DNA of 64,000 nucleotides from Candidatus Omnitrophota bacterium (lineage in GTDB: Bacteria; Omnitrophota; Gorgyraeia; Gygaellales; Profunditerraquicolaceae), in contig JBFZAT010000022.1 in assembly GCA_041308845.1 (NCBI GenBank), positions 66,701 through 130,700 on the forward strand. Reading direction: 5' to 3'. How positions within the stretch are numbered: the stretch's first letter is position 1; each line of letters begins with the position of its first letter. Made by a program: the position numbers and the translations under genes. Below, one piece after another: positions 1-8,494 of this stretch. A model generated the notes under the pieces. That model ran no database searches. It saw only the letters and a list, made by a program, of their open reading frames with translations, and was not told the origin of the DNA.

Positions 1-105
1 GGCGATTTTGGAACCTGTTCCACCCTTAGCTTTATATTGTCCTTTTCTGGCTAAAACCTTTCCTTGTAACGCACCTTTTTTACAGATTACACATTTTTTA
101 AGCAT
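1..105 (-). CDS. Partial small basic Cys-rich protein, probably 50S ribosomal protein L28. The N-terminus lies in the window and the gene runs off the 5' edge.
   Basis: The reverse complement of 1..120 gives an AAGGAG RBS, an 8-nt spacer and ATG (plus-strand CAT at 103-105). It encodes MLKKCVICKKGALQGKVLARKGQYKAKGG..., whose CxICxKG...GK pattern resembles L28 N-termini. It is truncated at the window edge. Confidence 0.4.
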   Translation of the reverse strand, partial: MLKKCVICKKGALQGKVLARKGQYKAKGGTGSKIA

Positions 106-276
106 TTTAAAAACTCCTTGAAGTTTCAGCTCTAAAAAATTTAGTGTGGAGAAAACCTGCTTTGCTGGATAAATAAGTATACTTGAAATTCTGCCCTTGT
201 CAAGCTAGAATATATCTGTAGGCAGATCTATTCTATTTTGGTTTTCAACTTTTAAAATCAGGCACACTTAAAAAAC

Positions 277-840
277 ATGAAATGGATATCTATTTTATTA
301 ATTTTGTTATTTTTGCCGTTTGCTGATAGTTACGCTAGAAATACACCGGAAAAATTTAAAAGCAGAGCGGTAGCCTATTTTCAAGCCGGAATGTATGAGC
401 GGGCGGTGGAAGAATTTAGCAAGGCTATCGAGTTGGGCCCGGATTATGAGCTTTATATTTTGCGCGGTAAAGCCAACCTGGCTAAAAAAGATTTTGATAA
501 TGCGATATCTGATTTTACCGCCGCCAGCGAAATATTTCCTAATGATATTACGGCTTATTCTGAAAGAGGAAAGGCTTACGCCGCTAAGGGTTGGTTTGCC
601 CAGGCATTGTATGATCTTAACCGTTCTATCGGTATGAAGCCGGATGACGGGCTTTCTTATTATTACCGGGCCGATGTTTATTATGCGGCCGGAGATTATA
701 AAATGGCTTGGGCGGACTTAAAAAAAGCTAGAATGCTGGGGCAGTTAGTTTCAGATGCGCTGCTGGAAGACTTTCAGAAAAAAGCCCTTAGCGGGCCGGA
801 TAAAAAAGGGTTTTTTTCTGTTTTTGAACCTAGAAAATAG
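277..840 (+). CDS. Secreted tetratricopeptide-repeat (TPR) protein
   Basis: The N-terminus has a signal peptide (MKWISILLILLFLPFADSYA). It is followed by repeated A/Y/F-rich 34-residue TPR-like units (AYFQAGMYERAVEEF, YILRGKANLAKKDFDNAISDF, AYSERGKAYAAKGWFAQALYDL, YYYRADVYYAAGDYKMAWADL). A TTGAAA-17-TAGAAT promoter-like site lies at 183-211. Confidence 0.7.
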   Translation: MKWISILLILLFLPFADSYARNTPEKFKSRAVAYFQAGMYERAVEEFSKAIELGPDYELYILRGKANLAKKDFDNAISDFTAASEIFPNDITAYSERGKAYAAKGWFAQALYDLNRSIGMKPDDGLSYYYRADVYYAAGDYKMAWADLKKARMLGQLVSDALLEDFQKKALSGPDKKGFFSVFEPRK

Positions 841-886
841 TTTTTTAGAGCAGCTATTTATTCTGGATAAATTAAGGATTTTTAAA

Positions 887-1927
887 ATGCCGGAAAGATT
901 AAGTAAGGATTATGAAGTGGGTGATGCGTTGTTGGATAGTTTAATCGTGCAGCTAGTTGCAAATACCCAAAACGCAGAAAGCGGGAATTTATTACGCCAA
1001 ATATTGACTACTTGTATTAAATTAGGTAAAGAGTCTATTGACCGGGGGGATTTAAAGTTAGTAAATAATACGCTTAAAGAGCTGCGTTATTCTTTTAAGG
1101 TTTTTTCACCCTACCGCACTGCTAAAAAAGCGATTATTTTTGGTTCGGCTCGCTCTAAAAGTAGTTCGGCCGAATACCTGATGGCTGAGGAGCTGGCTGG
1201 GAAATTGACCCAAAAAGGATATATGATTGTTACCGGCGGCGGTCCTGGAGTGATGGAAGCCGGGAATAAGGGGGCCGGCAGCGGTAAGGATTTTGCATTG
1301 AATATCCGTTTGCCTTTTGAGCAAAAACCTAACCCTTATATAGACGAACAAGAAAAACTGATTAATTTTAAATATTTTTTTACCCGCAAGCTGATTTTTG
1401 TTAAAGAGACCGATGCTACCGCACTTTTTCCGGGTGGATTCGGCACGCTGGATGAAGGTTTTGAAATGATTACTTTAGTGCAAACCGGTAAATCCCGCCC
1501 GCGTCCGATAGTTTTAATGGAACCGGCGGGTTCGACTTATTGGTCTAACTGGATGCGTTTTGTTAAGGCAGAGCTGGTAAAAAAAAGATTTATTAAAAAA
1601 GAAGATTTAAGTCTTTTTCAGATCGCAAAAACTTCGGCGCAAGCGGTTAAATATATCGAAGATTTTTACCGCGTGTATCATTCGCTTAGATATGTTGATG
1701 GCCAGGCGGTATTGAGGTTGAAAAGAGCAATTTCGGCAAATACGCTTAAATTGCTTAATCGGGAATTTAAGGATATTCTCGCCGCTGGTGAGATCCGTTG
1801 CTCTTCTCCTACCTCTAAAGAAATTCAAGAAAATGAATTTTTGGACCTTCCCCGGCTAATTATGAATTTTAATTTACGGGATTATGGCCGGCTTTACCAA
1901 ATGATTCATCGGATTAATAAAAGCTAA
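887..1927 (+). CDS. LOG-family (TIGR00730 / lysine-decarboxylase-like) protein with N- and C-terminal extensions; possibly a PpnN-like nucleotide 5'-monophosphate nucleosidase
   Basis: It carries the LOG motifs VTGGGPGVMEAGNKGA and FPGGFGTLDEGFE. The track's 755 start overlaps the upstream TPR gene, so ATG 887 (MPERLSKDYE) is preferred. Confidence 0.65.
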   Translation: MPERLSKDYEVGDALLDSLIVQLVANTQNAESGNLLRQILTTCIKLGKESIDRGDLKLVNNTLKELRYSFKVFSPYRTAKKAIIFGSARSKSSSAEYLMAEELAGKLTQKGYMIVTGGGPGVMEAGNKGAGSGKDFALNIRLPFEQKPNPYIDEQEKLINFKYFFTRKLIFVKETDATALFPGGFGTLDEGFEMITLVQTGKSRPRPIVLMEPAGSTYWSNWMRFVKAELVKKRFIKKEDLSLFQIAKTSAQAVKYIEDFYRVYHSLRYVDGQAVLRLKRAISANTLKLLNREFKDILAAGEIRCSSPTSKEIQENEFLDLPRLIMNFNLRDYGRLYQMIHRINKS

Positions 1928-1948
1928 CTCTAAAAATTTTGCACGCTG

Positions 1949-4858
1949 ATGGATAAAGTATTAGCAGGTTTAAATAAGGAGCAGGTCCAGGCGGTTACTC
2001 ATAACACCGGCCCGCTTTTAATTATTGCCGGGGCAGGGACTGGAAAAACGCGGGTAATTACGCAGCGGATTGGCTGGCTGATTAACCAAGGTTTGGCCAA
2101 GACTGATGAAATCCTGGCCTTGACTTTTACGGATAAGGCGGCTAAGGAAATGCAGGAACGGGTGGACATTCTTATGCCTTATGGTTACACCGATATCTGG
2201 ATTTCGACATTTCATGCTTTTGGTGATCGGATTTTACGTGAGAATGCCTTAGTCGCTGGGCTTAATCCTGATTTCAAGGTACTGACCCAGCCGGAAGCCG
2301 CAGTGTTTTTTCGTGAACATCTTTTCGCATTCCAACTGGATTATTACCGGCCGTTAGCCGAACCTACCCGTTTTATCGAAGCGCTGATTTCATTCTTCAG
2401 TCGAGCCAAAGATGAGGATATTTCAGCCGAAGAATACTTAAAATATGCCCAAGATTTTTCAACCCAGATTAAAACTTCTTCTGCGGATCCAGCCGATGAG
2501 GAGTTGGCTATCCAGCAAATGGAAGTAGCTGCGGCTTACCTTAAGTATCAAGAACTTTTAGCTAAAGAAGGATTGGTAGATTTCGGCAATCAATTTTATT
2601 TGAGCTTAGAGCTTTTGCGTCGTCACCCTTTAATTTTACGTAACTATCAACAACAGTTCAAATATATTCTAGTAGATGAGTTTCAGGATACTAATTTCGC
2701 CCAGTTTCAGATGGTTAAGCTTTTAACCAATGCCCAAAGAAATATTACGGTGGTAGCTGATGATGATCAGTGTATTTACCGTTGGCGCGGAGCAGCCTAT
2801 AGCAATGTTCTGAATTTTACCCAAGAATATAAGCAAGCAAAAAATATCAGTTTAATCCAGAATTACCGTTCTACGCAGGAAATTTTAGATAGTGCCTACC
2901 AGTTAATTCAATATAATAATCCGGAACGTTTTGAAGTCAAAGCTAAAATTAATAAACACCTGATTGGCCTGAGTCCGGCAGGCAAGAAACCTGAACACCT
3001 GCATTTTGATACACATTCGGCTGAAGCGGATGCTGTAAGTAAGATTATACAAGATAAAGTAAGTTTAGGTAAGTTTAAGTATAGGGATTTTGCCATATTA
3101 GTGCGCTCCAATTCAGACGCCCAGGGTTTTATTCAATCTTTAAACATGTTAAGTATTCCTTGGCAATTTAGCGGAAATCAAGGTTTATACGCCAGGGAAG
3201 AGATAAAACTATGTATTAGTTTTCTACGGTTGGTTGCCAACCCTTCGGATTCATTAAGCTTATATTATTTGGTAAGCTCTGAAATTTATAAAGTGGATTT
3301 AGCGGATTTGGCTTTATGTAATCATTTCGCCAAGCGCAGAAACCAAACGCTTTATGCGGTATTCAGCAGTTTGGATAAACTCCCGGAATTAGTCGGAATC
3401 AAAGATTCAAGTAAGGATAAGATTCAGCAGATTCTTCTGGAGATTGAAAAATTCCTGCAGATCTCCCGCCAGGAGACTACCGGTCGGTTGCTTTACAGTT
3501 TTCTTTCCGATACCGGATATTTGAAATACTTAACGCATAACCCCAGCCTGGAGAAGGAAGCGAAAATTCAGAATATCGCTAAGTTTTTTAATCAGGTCAG
3601 GGAATTTGAATTGATCGCCCAAGAAGACCGGGTGATTCGCTTTATTCAGCATCTCAATCTTTTAATCGATTCCGGGGATGATCCTCCGACAGTGGAAGCG
3701 GATTTAGACCAGGACGCAGTAAATATTCTAACCATTCATAAGGCTAAAGGTTTAGAATTTAGAGTAGTTTTCTTGGTCAATCTGGTGCAGGGTAAGTTTC
3801 CGCTTCCTAAGCGTAGCCAACAAATTGCACTGCCGGATTGCTTGATCAAAGAAATGCTACCATCCGGAGATTTTCATATCCAAGAGGAACGCCGGCTTTT
3901 TTATGTCGGGATGACCCGTTCTAAAGAGGAATTGTATTTGACTAGTGCTGATGATTATGGAGGTAAACGTCTGCGTAAAGTCAGCCAGTTTGTTTTGGAG
4001 GCTTTAGGTAAACAGCCGCAGGAGACCCAGAAAAAAAAGACAGCGGCGATAGAGAATATTCAACATTTTGCTCCGCTGGAGCCATTGCCCGGTAAAGTTT
4101 TAGGGAAAATACCTGCAGATAAATTGGTGACTTTAAGTTATTATCAGATCGATGATTATTTAACTTGTCCTCTAAAATATAAATATGTAAATATCCTGCG
4201 CGTGCCGATTATGGAGCATCATACAGTTATTTACGGCCGGGCCATGCATGAGGCAGTGAGCCAGTATCTTTTGAATAAAATTAAAGGTGACTCGGTAGTT
4301 TTGGATGAAATATTGGATTGTTTCGCTGCTAATTTCGATCCGCAAGGATTTTTGGACGCTAACCACCAGGAGGAACGTTTTCGTATCGGTAGAGAGGCCT
4401 TGGTTAGATTCTATAAGCACGAAGAGCAACGTGGTAGGATTCCCAAATTCATTGAAAAAGAATTTTCTTTTGTTATCGGTAATAATAAAATTACCGGTAG
4501 GTTCGACCGGATTGATTTGGGGGAAAACGGGGCGGTGATTATGGATTTCAAGACTTCCGCGATCAAGACTCAAGAAGCTGCGGATAAACGAGTCAAAGGT
4601 AGTAAGCAGCTGAAGCTCTATGCCTTGGCTTACTGGCATATTTTCGGAGTATTGCCGGTGGCGGTAGAATTATATTTTCTGGAATCCGGAATCATCGGTA
4701 GGTCCGAGCTGCAGGCAGAGGATTTAGCAGATGTTCAAGAGGATATCCAGTGGGTAGCTTCAGGGATCCGCCAGCAAGAGTATCCGGCTAAACCGGAATA
4801 CAAAGCCTGCACTTATTGCGCTTACAATCAAATTTGTCCTTACGCGGTCATTCGCTAA
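1949..4858 (+). CDS. UvrD/PcrA-family superfamily-1 helicase fused to a C-terminal PD-(D/E)XK (Cas4/AddB-like) nuclease domain with a 4Cys Fe-S motif
   Basis: Walker A GAGTGKT sits near the N-terminus. Helicase motifs present include DEFQDT and TIHKAKGLEF/VGMTRSK (helicase motifs V/VI). The C-terminal domain has one Cys in YLTCPLKYKY, then ...DFKTS..., then CTYCAYNQIC (CX2CX5C), as in Cas4 and AddB nucleases. Confidence 0.8.
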   Translation: MDKVLAGLNKEQVQAVTHNTGPLLIIAGAGTGKTRVITQRIGWLINQGLAKTDEILALTFTDKAAKEMQERVDILMPYGYTDIWISTFHAFGDRILRENALVAGLNPDFKVLTQPEAAVFFREHLFAFQLDYYRPLAEPTRFIEALISFFSRAKDEDISAEEYLKYAQDFSTQIKTSSADPADEELAIQQMEVAAAYLKYQELLAKEGLVDFGNQFYLSLELLRRHPLILRNYQQQFKYILVDEFQDTNFAQFQMVKLLTNAQRNITVVADDDQCIYRWRGAAYSNVLNFTQEYKQAKNISLIQNYRSTQEILDSAYQLIQYNNPERFEVKAKINKHLIGLSPAGKKPEHLHFDTHSAEADAVSKIIQDKVSLGKFKYRDFAILVRSNSDAQGFIQSLNMLSIPWQFSGNQGLYAREEIKLCISFLRLVANPSDSLSLYYLVSSEIYKVDLADLALCNHFAKRRNQTLYAVFSSLDKLPELVGIKDSSKDKIQQILLEIEKFLQISRQETTGRLLYSFLSDTGYLKYLTHNPSLEKEAKIQNIAKFFNQVREFELIAQEDRVIRFIQHLNLLIDSGDDPPTVEADLDQDAVNILTIHKAKGLEFRVVFLVNLVQGKFPLPKRSQQIALPDCLIKEMLPSGDFHIQEERRLFYVGMTRSKEELYLTSADDYGGKRLRKVSQFVLEALGKQPQETQKKKTAAIENIQHFAPLEPLPGKVLGKIPADKLVTLSYYQIDDYLTCPLKYKYVNILRVPIMEHHTVIYGRAMHEAVSQYLLNKIKGDSVVLDEILDCFAANFDPQGFLDANHQEERFRIGREALVRFYKHEEQRGRIPKFIEKEFSFVIGNNKITGRFDRIDLGENGAVIMDFKTSAIKTQEAADKRVKGSKQLKLYALAYWHIFGVLPVAVELYFLESGIIGRSELQAEDLADVQEDIQWVASGIRQQEYPAKPEYKACTYCAYNQICPYAVIR

Positions 4859-4863
4859 TCTGA

Positions 4864-4892
4864 TTGACAACCTCGGGGATTTGGGCTATAGT
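4864..4892 (+). promoter_or_regulatory. Sigma70-like promoter TTGACA-17-TATAGT upstream of plsC
   Basis: TTGACA is at 4864-4869, followed by a 17-nt spacer and TATAGT at 4887-4892. It overlaps the TTG start chosen in the ORF track, which implies the true plsC start is ATG 4905. Confidence 0.45.
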
Positions 4893-4904
4893 CAAAACAA
4901 GAGT

Positions 4905-5630
4905 ATGAATGTAATTATTTCTGTTTTAATCTGGATTGCTAGTGGGTTGTTAACTATCCTGCTTTTTTTTATAGTTTTTATTTTAACTATTCTGCTTTTC
5001 CCTTTCGATAAAAATAGGAAGATCACTCATCTGCAGTGTTTTTGGTGGTCAGATTTATTGATTGCTTTAAATCCTTATTGGAGCCTTAAGGTTAGCGGGC
5101 TGGAACATCTTGACCGTAAAAAGACCTATGTGATTATTGCTAATCACCAGAGTCTGGCCGATATCGTAGTTCTTTATCAGATAAAAATGCAGTTTAAATG
5201 GGTGGCTAAGGCGAGCTTGTTTAATCTACCCTTTATTGGCTGGTGTTTAAGCTTGATCCAACATATTAAGCTTACCCGGGGAGATTTTTCTAGCATTAAA
5301 GAGATTTACCATATGGCAAGTAAATGGCTGCAGAAAGATATGTCAGTTTTATTTTTTCCGGAAGGCACCCGCAGTAGCACTGGCCAGTTGGGCGATTTTC
5401 AGAATGGGGCCTTTAAATTAGCGATTAAGGAGAAAAAAACTATACTTCCGGTTTGCTTAAAAGGAACCCAGGAGGCGATCCCTAAGGGCAGCTGGATTTT
5501 TAGGACTAAAGTTAAAGTTCAGGTGATCGTTCTTGAGCCAGTTCCAACCGCAGGTTTGGGCGCAGGCGATTTTGCTTTACTTAGGGATACAGTCCGCTCC
5601 CGGATTCAAGAGGCGCAAATTTTAGATTAA
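4905..5630 (+). CDS. plsC: 1-acyl-sn-glycerol-3-phosphate acyltransferase (lysophospholipid acyltransferase family)
   Basis: It has an N-terminal TM helix. The HX4D acyltransferase motif is IIANHQSLAD, and the FPEGTRS motif is present. Start is set at ATG 4905, downstream of the promoter (the track's TTG 4881 would lie inside the -10). Confidence 0.75.
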   Translation: MNVIISVLIWIASGLLTILLFFIVFILTILLFPFDKNRKITHLQCFWWSDLLIALNPYWSLKVSGLEHLDRKKTYVIIANHQSLADIVVLYQIKMQFKWVAKASLFNLPFIGWCLSLIQHIKLTRGDFSSIKEIYHMASKWLQKDMSVLFFPEGTRSSTGQLGDFQNGAFKLAIKEKKTILPVCLKGTQEAIPKGSWIFRTKVKVQVIVLEPVPTAGLGAGDFALLRDTVRSRIQEAQILD

Positions 5631-5633
5631 GCG

Positions 5634-6692
5634 ATGAAAAAAAGATATAAAATTATTTTTTGGCTCTTTAGCATTCTTTTAGGGTTTTTCCTATTAGCAC
5701 AAATTTTGATCACTACCTATGCTCCCCGGATCATAGAGCAGCAGATTGAACGGAATTTTAAGCTTAAAGCCAGCTTGGGGAGCATAAGTATAAGGCTGCC
5801 TTTTACGATTATTCTGGAAAGATTAGAGATTGGCGATTTAGCCAGTATTAAAAGAGTATCGCTGTCGCCTAATTTGCTGGCCTGGGTATTTGGGAAATTT
5901 GTTGTTCATGGGTTAAGAATTATTGAGCCGCGGATTAATCTTGAGCAGTCTGCCGATGGCAAGTTGAACTTGCCGGTTTTGGCGAAAAAAAGTAATGCTC
6001 GGCCAATCTATCTAACTAGCCTGAATTTAGTTGACGGGAAAATATTCTTTACGGATAAAAAAATAAGCGCGGTGGGCTTTCAGGTGGTGATTAATAAGTT
6101 GAATGTAAAAGTAGCTAAAGTTGTGTTTCCGTTGGCTTCGCTAGCGACAAATTTTAATGCTAGCGCAGAATTGCTGAGTTCTCAAGGCCAAGCCTGCGGA
6201 GAATTAGATTTTAGCGGTCGGTTGGAATATCTAGCTAAAGACCTAGATGCGCAATTAGTGGTTAAGAATCTGGACCTGACTGGATTTTCTGTCTATTACG
6301 GTAATTTTATCTCGCAAAAGAAACTGACCTCCGCCCAGCTAGATTTGGTTTCGATTTTTAAGGCTAGGAATAATATTCTAAAAATCAGCACTAAGTTTAA
6401 TCTTTCTAAGCTGGCGTATGCGCCGGATCAGGAGCAGCAGTTAGACTCGGGTATAATGAAGAGTGCCTTGGATCTGTTTGCTGATCCGCAGGGCAACTTA
6501 AGCTTAGAATTTGATATTGATACCTTGCTGGATAACCCGGCTTTAAGCCGGGAACAAGTACAGAAAATAATTTTCAAAGCTGCGTCTAAAAATTTAGCGG
6601 AGCAACCTCCGCAGCAATTAATTGATAAAGTTAATACCTTGATCGATCAATATAAGGGTCTGGGCAAGGAGCTAAAAGCTATTTTTGATTGA
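5634..6692 (+). CDS. Membrane-anchored hypothetical protein (N-terminal TM, large beta-rich periplasmic region; AsmA/DUF748-like appearance)
   Basis: There is a single N-terminal TM helix (IIFWLFSILLGFFLLAQILI). I recognised no catalytic motif. Family assignment is tentative. Confidence 0.45.
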   Translation: MKKRYKIIFWLFSILLGFFLLAQILITTYAPRIIEQQIERNFKLKASLGSISIRLPFTIILERLEIGDLASIKRVSLSPNLLAWVFGKFVVHGLRIIEPRINLEQSADGKLNLPVLAKKSNARPIYLTSLNLVDGKIFFTDKKISAVGFQVVINKLNVKVAKVVFPLASLATNFNASAELLSSQGQACGELDFSGRLEYLAKDLDAQLVVKNLDLTGFSVYYGNFISQKKLTSAQLDLVSIFKARNNILKISTKFNLSKLAYAPDQEQQLDSGIMKSALDLFADPQGNLSLEFDIDTLLDNPALSREQVQKIIFKAASKNLAEQPPQQLIDKVNTLIDQYKGLGKELKAIFD

Positions 6693-6725
6693 TAAGCGGC
6701 TTCTTAAAATTATTTAAATCATTAA

Positions 6726-7382
6726 ATGGAAACGTTGAAATCGAAATCACTAAAAAATATCGAAGCGAAGATGGAAAATTTAGATGTAAATTCCCTGCGT
6801 TATCATGTGCTGGAGAGCGCTAAAAATTTTAAGTGCTCTTGGATTGAATTGGGGCGTTCTTTATATTCAGTGTGGAAAGATAAGATGTATAAAGAATGGG
6901 GTTATATTAGTTTTGAGGTTTATCTCGGCCGGGAGATCGGTATCCGCAAGCAGACCGCGATGAAGCTGCTTAAATCATATTATTTTTTAGAGAAGGAAGA
7001 ACCCCAGTATCTTAAGGCTGACTACGCCGGGGCAACTGCGCCTGTAAATTTACCCAGTTATGAATCTGTGAATATCCTGCGTCAGGCAAAAAACAATAAG
7101 CACCTGGATGAGAATGATTATTGCGATTTAAAAAAAGAAGTTTTCGAAAAAGGTAAAGACGTCCAGGAGGTAAAAAAGAACCTCGGGGTAATAATCCGTC
7201 AAAGACAGGAGTTAGAACCGCAAGCAGCCGCTGAGAAAAAAAGAGAGGTGGTTTTAAATAGACTGCTTGGCCAACTGCGCTTGCTTAAGCAGGAGGTCCA
7301 GGTGCTTAAACTTTTACCAGCGCCCCTGGTTAAGGATTTAGATAATTTAATTAAAAATGTCGCTCAAGAGATTGCTGCTTGA
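6726..7382 (+). CDS. Hypothetical protein with a C-terminal coiled-coil/charged region
   Basis: An intact 218-aa ORF with codon usage like its neighbours. I recognised no motif. Confidence 0.45.
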   Translation: METLKSKSLKNIEAKMENLDVNSLRYHVLESAKNFKCSWIELGRSLYSVWKDKMYKEWGYISFEVYLGREIGIRKQTAMKLLKSYYFLEKEEPQYLKADYAGATAPVNLPSYESVNILRQAKNNKHLDENDYCDLKKEVFEKGKDVQEVKKNLGVIIRQRQELEPQAAAEKKREVVLNRLLGQLRLLKQEVQVLKLLPAPLVKDLDNLIKNVAQEIAA

Positions 7383-7398
7383 TTTTTAGCAGAAAGGA

Positions 7399-7821
7399 GT
7401 GATTTCAATGCTGGCAGGCGTGGGGAAAAACCTGACTCTGGAAAAAAGAATGGCTTTTTTAGGGGTGCGGGAAGAAGATATTATCGAAAGTTTCATCCGT
7501 TCTAGCGGACCCGGTGGGCAGAACCTCAACAAGACTGCTACTTGTGTTTATTTAAAACATCTGCCGACAGGTTTGGAGGTAAAATGCCAGCGCCAGCGTT
7601 CACAGCTTTTAAACCGCTCTTTAGCCCGGCATATACTTTTGAGTAAGATTGCGCATAAAATCCAGCAGGATAATTTGCAGCGGCAGTCTTTTCGGGCTAA
7701 GATTATGCGCCGGGATCGCCTAAAACCAAGAACTCTTAAAATTAAGATTCTAGAAGATAAACGCCGCCAGGGGCAGAAGAAGCAGGTGCGTAGAAAAATT
7801 CACGAGATTGAAGTTGCATAA
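7399..7821 (+). CDS. arfB: Alternative ribosome-rescue factor / peptidyl-tRNA hydrolase ArfB (RF-1 GGQ domain protein)
   Basis: The GGQ motif is in SSGPGGQNLNKTATCVYL. Its ~140-aa size and highly basic C-terminal tail (KIMRRDRLKPRTLKIKILEDKRRQGQKKQVRRK) are typical of ArfB/YaeJ. Confidence 0.75.
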   Translation: MISMLAGVGKNLTLEKRMAFLGVREEDIIESFIRSSGPGGQNLNKTATCVYLKHLPTGLEVKCQRQRSQLLNRSLARHILLSKIAHKIQQDNLQRQSFRAKIMRRDRLKPRTLKIKILEDKRRQGQKKQVRRKIHEIEVA

Positions 7822-7933
7822 ACATTTTCTTGTGCTACAATAAATAAATTCTAAACTTAAAAAAGCAACTAAGCGATAGTTCTAACTAGGTTAGTTCTCC
7901 GCAGTTTAAGCCAGCGGGGGAAAGGAGAATAAA

Positions 7934-8062
7934 ATGAATAACGGGGCGCCATCATTTATCGCCGGTTTGATTTCTTTAGCTTTAACGGTTTGGTTTGTTT
8001 ATTTTACTGTACTGGTGGTTCAGAAGCTAAATAAACTAATCGAGTTATTGGATAAAAAGTAA
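7934..8062 (+). CDS. Small (42 aa) predicted single-pass membrane protein
   Basis: A GGAAAGGAG RBS sits 6 nt upstream of ATG 7934. The product is MNNGAPSFIAGLISLALTVWFVYFTVLVVQKLNKLIELLDKK, with a hydrophobic core. It is below the 60-aa ORF-track cutoff. Confidence 0.35.
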   Translation: MNNGAPSFIAGLISLALTVWFVYFTVLVVQKLNKLIELLDKK

Positions 8063-8134
8063 GTCGAGCCTTTAAGTTTTAGGGCCAGCTGGGCAGGTTA
8101 ATTTTAAGATTACATCCAGGGATTGATTAACCTG

Positions 8135-8163
8135 TTGACTTGTGAGACTAATTAGCGTATAAT
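8135..8163 (+). promoter_or_regulatory. Sigma70-like promoter TTGACT-17-TATAAT for rpsO-pnp
   Basis: TTGACT is at 8135-8140, with a 17-nt spacer and TATAAT at 8158-8163. The AAAGGGAGGT RBS and TTG start of rpsO follow immediately. Confidence 0.55.
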
Positions 8164-8186
8164 CTTAAAAAAAGGGAGGTAGAAAA

Positions 8187-8456
8187 TTGGTTTTGGTCAA
8201 GGAGCAAAAAGCAAAATTAATTGATAATTTTAAAGTGCATTCCAGGGATACCGGAAGTGCTGAAGTGCAAATAGCGATTTTAACCGAGCGGATTAATGAT
8301 TTAGGATTGCATTTTAAATCACATAAGAAGGATCTTCATTCCCGCCGCGGGTTACTGCTCTTAGTGAGCAGGCGCCGTAGACTCCTCAAGTATCTTAAAG
8401 ATAAGGATATGAAGAAGTACGAAGAGATATTGGCCAAGCTGAGCTTGAGGAAATAA
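8187..8456 (+). CDS. rpsO: 30S ribosomal protein S15
   Basis: The S15 signature is [53 protein letters not shown]. It has a TTG start with a strong GGGAGG RBS, and pnp is immediately downstream. Confidence 0.9.
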   Translation: MVLVKEQKAKLIDNFKVHSRDTGSAEVQIAILTERINDLGLHFKSHKKDLHSRRGLLLLVSRRRRLLKYLKDKDMKKYEEILAKLSLRK

Positions 8457-8494
8457 CGTCAAAACGCCAATCCTTAAAAACAGAAAGAGCAATC

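Noticed and set aside
395-637. 80-aa alternative-frame ORF inside the TPR gene
   Set aside because: It is embedded in a well-supported CDS in another frame, with no RBS and a low-complexity translation.
755-886. Upstream extension of the LOG-family ORF (track start 755)
   Set aside because: It would overlap the last 86 nt of the TPR gene in another frame. The first good start is ATG 887.
1106-1351. Antisense ORFs inside annotated genes (1106-1351, 1607-1828, 2018-2215, 2908-3111, 4172-4639, 9943-10323, 10357-10551, 11004-11201, 11727-11918, 12240-12422, 12978-13337, 14407-14589, 15004-15255, 15573-15758, 17280-17519, 20531-21010, 21074-21481, 26172-26387, 26846-27163, 29910-30140, 30076-30297, 30753-30938, 31770-32009, 36415-36753, 37761-37991, 44815-45105, 45688-45903, 48430-48630, 49143-49331, 50982-51194, 55602-55925, 56399-56617, 57168-57374, 57577-57843, 58469-58681, 58872-59096, 59600-59866, 61467-61676, 63509-63694)
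   Set aside because: All lie opposite strongly supported CDSs with recognisable catalytic motifs. Their translations are low-complexity with no start context. They are typical shadow ORFs.
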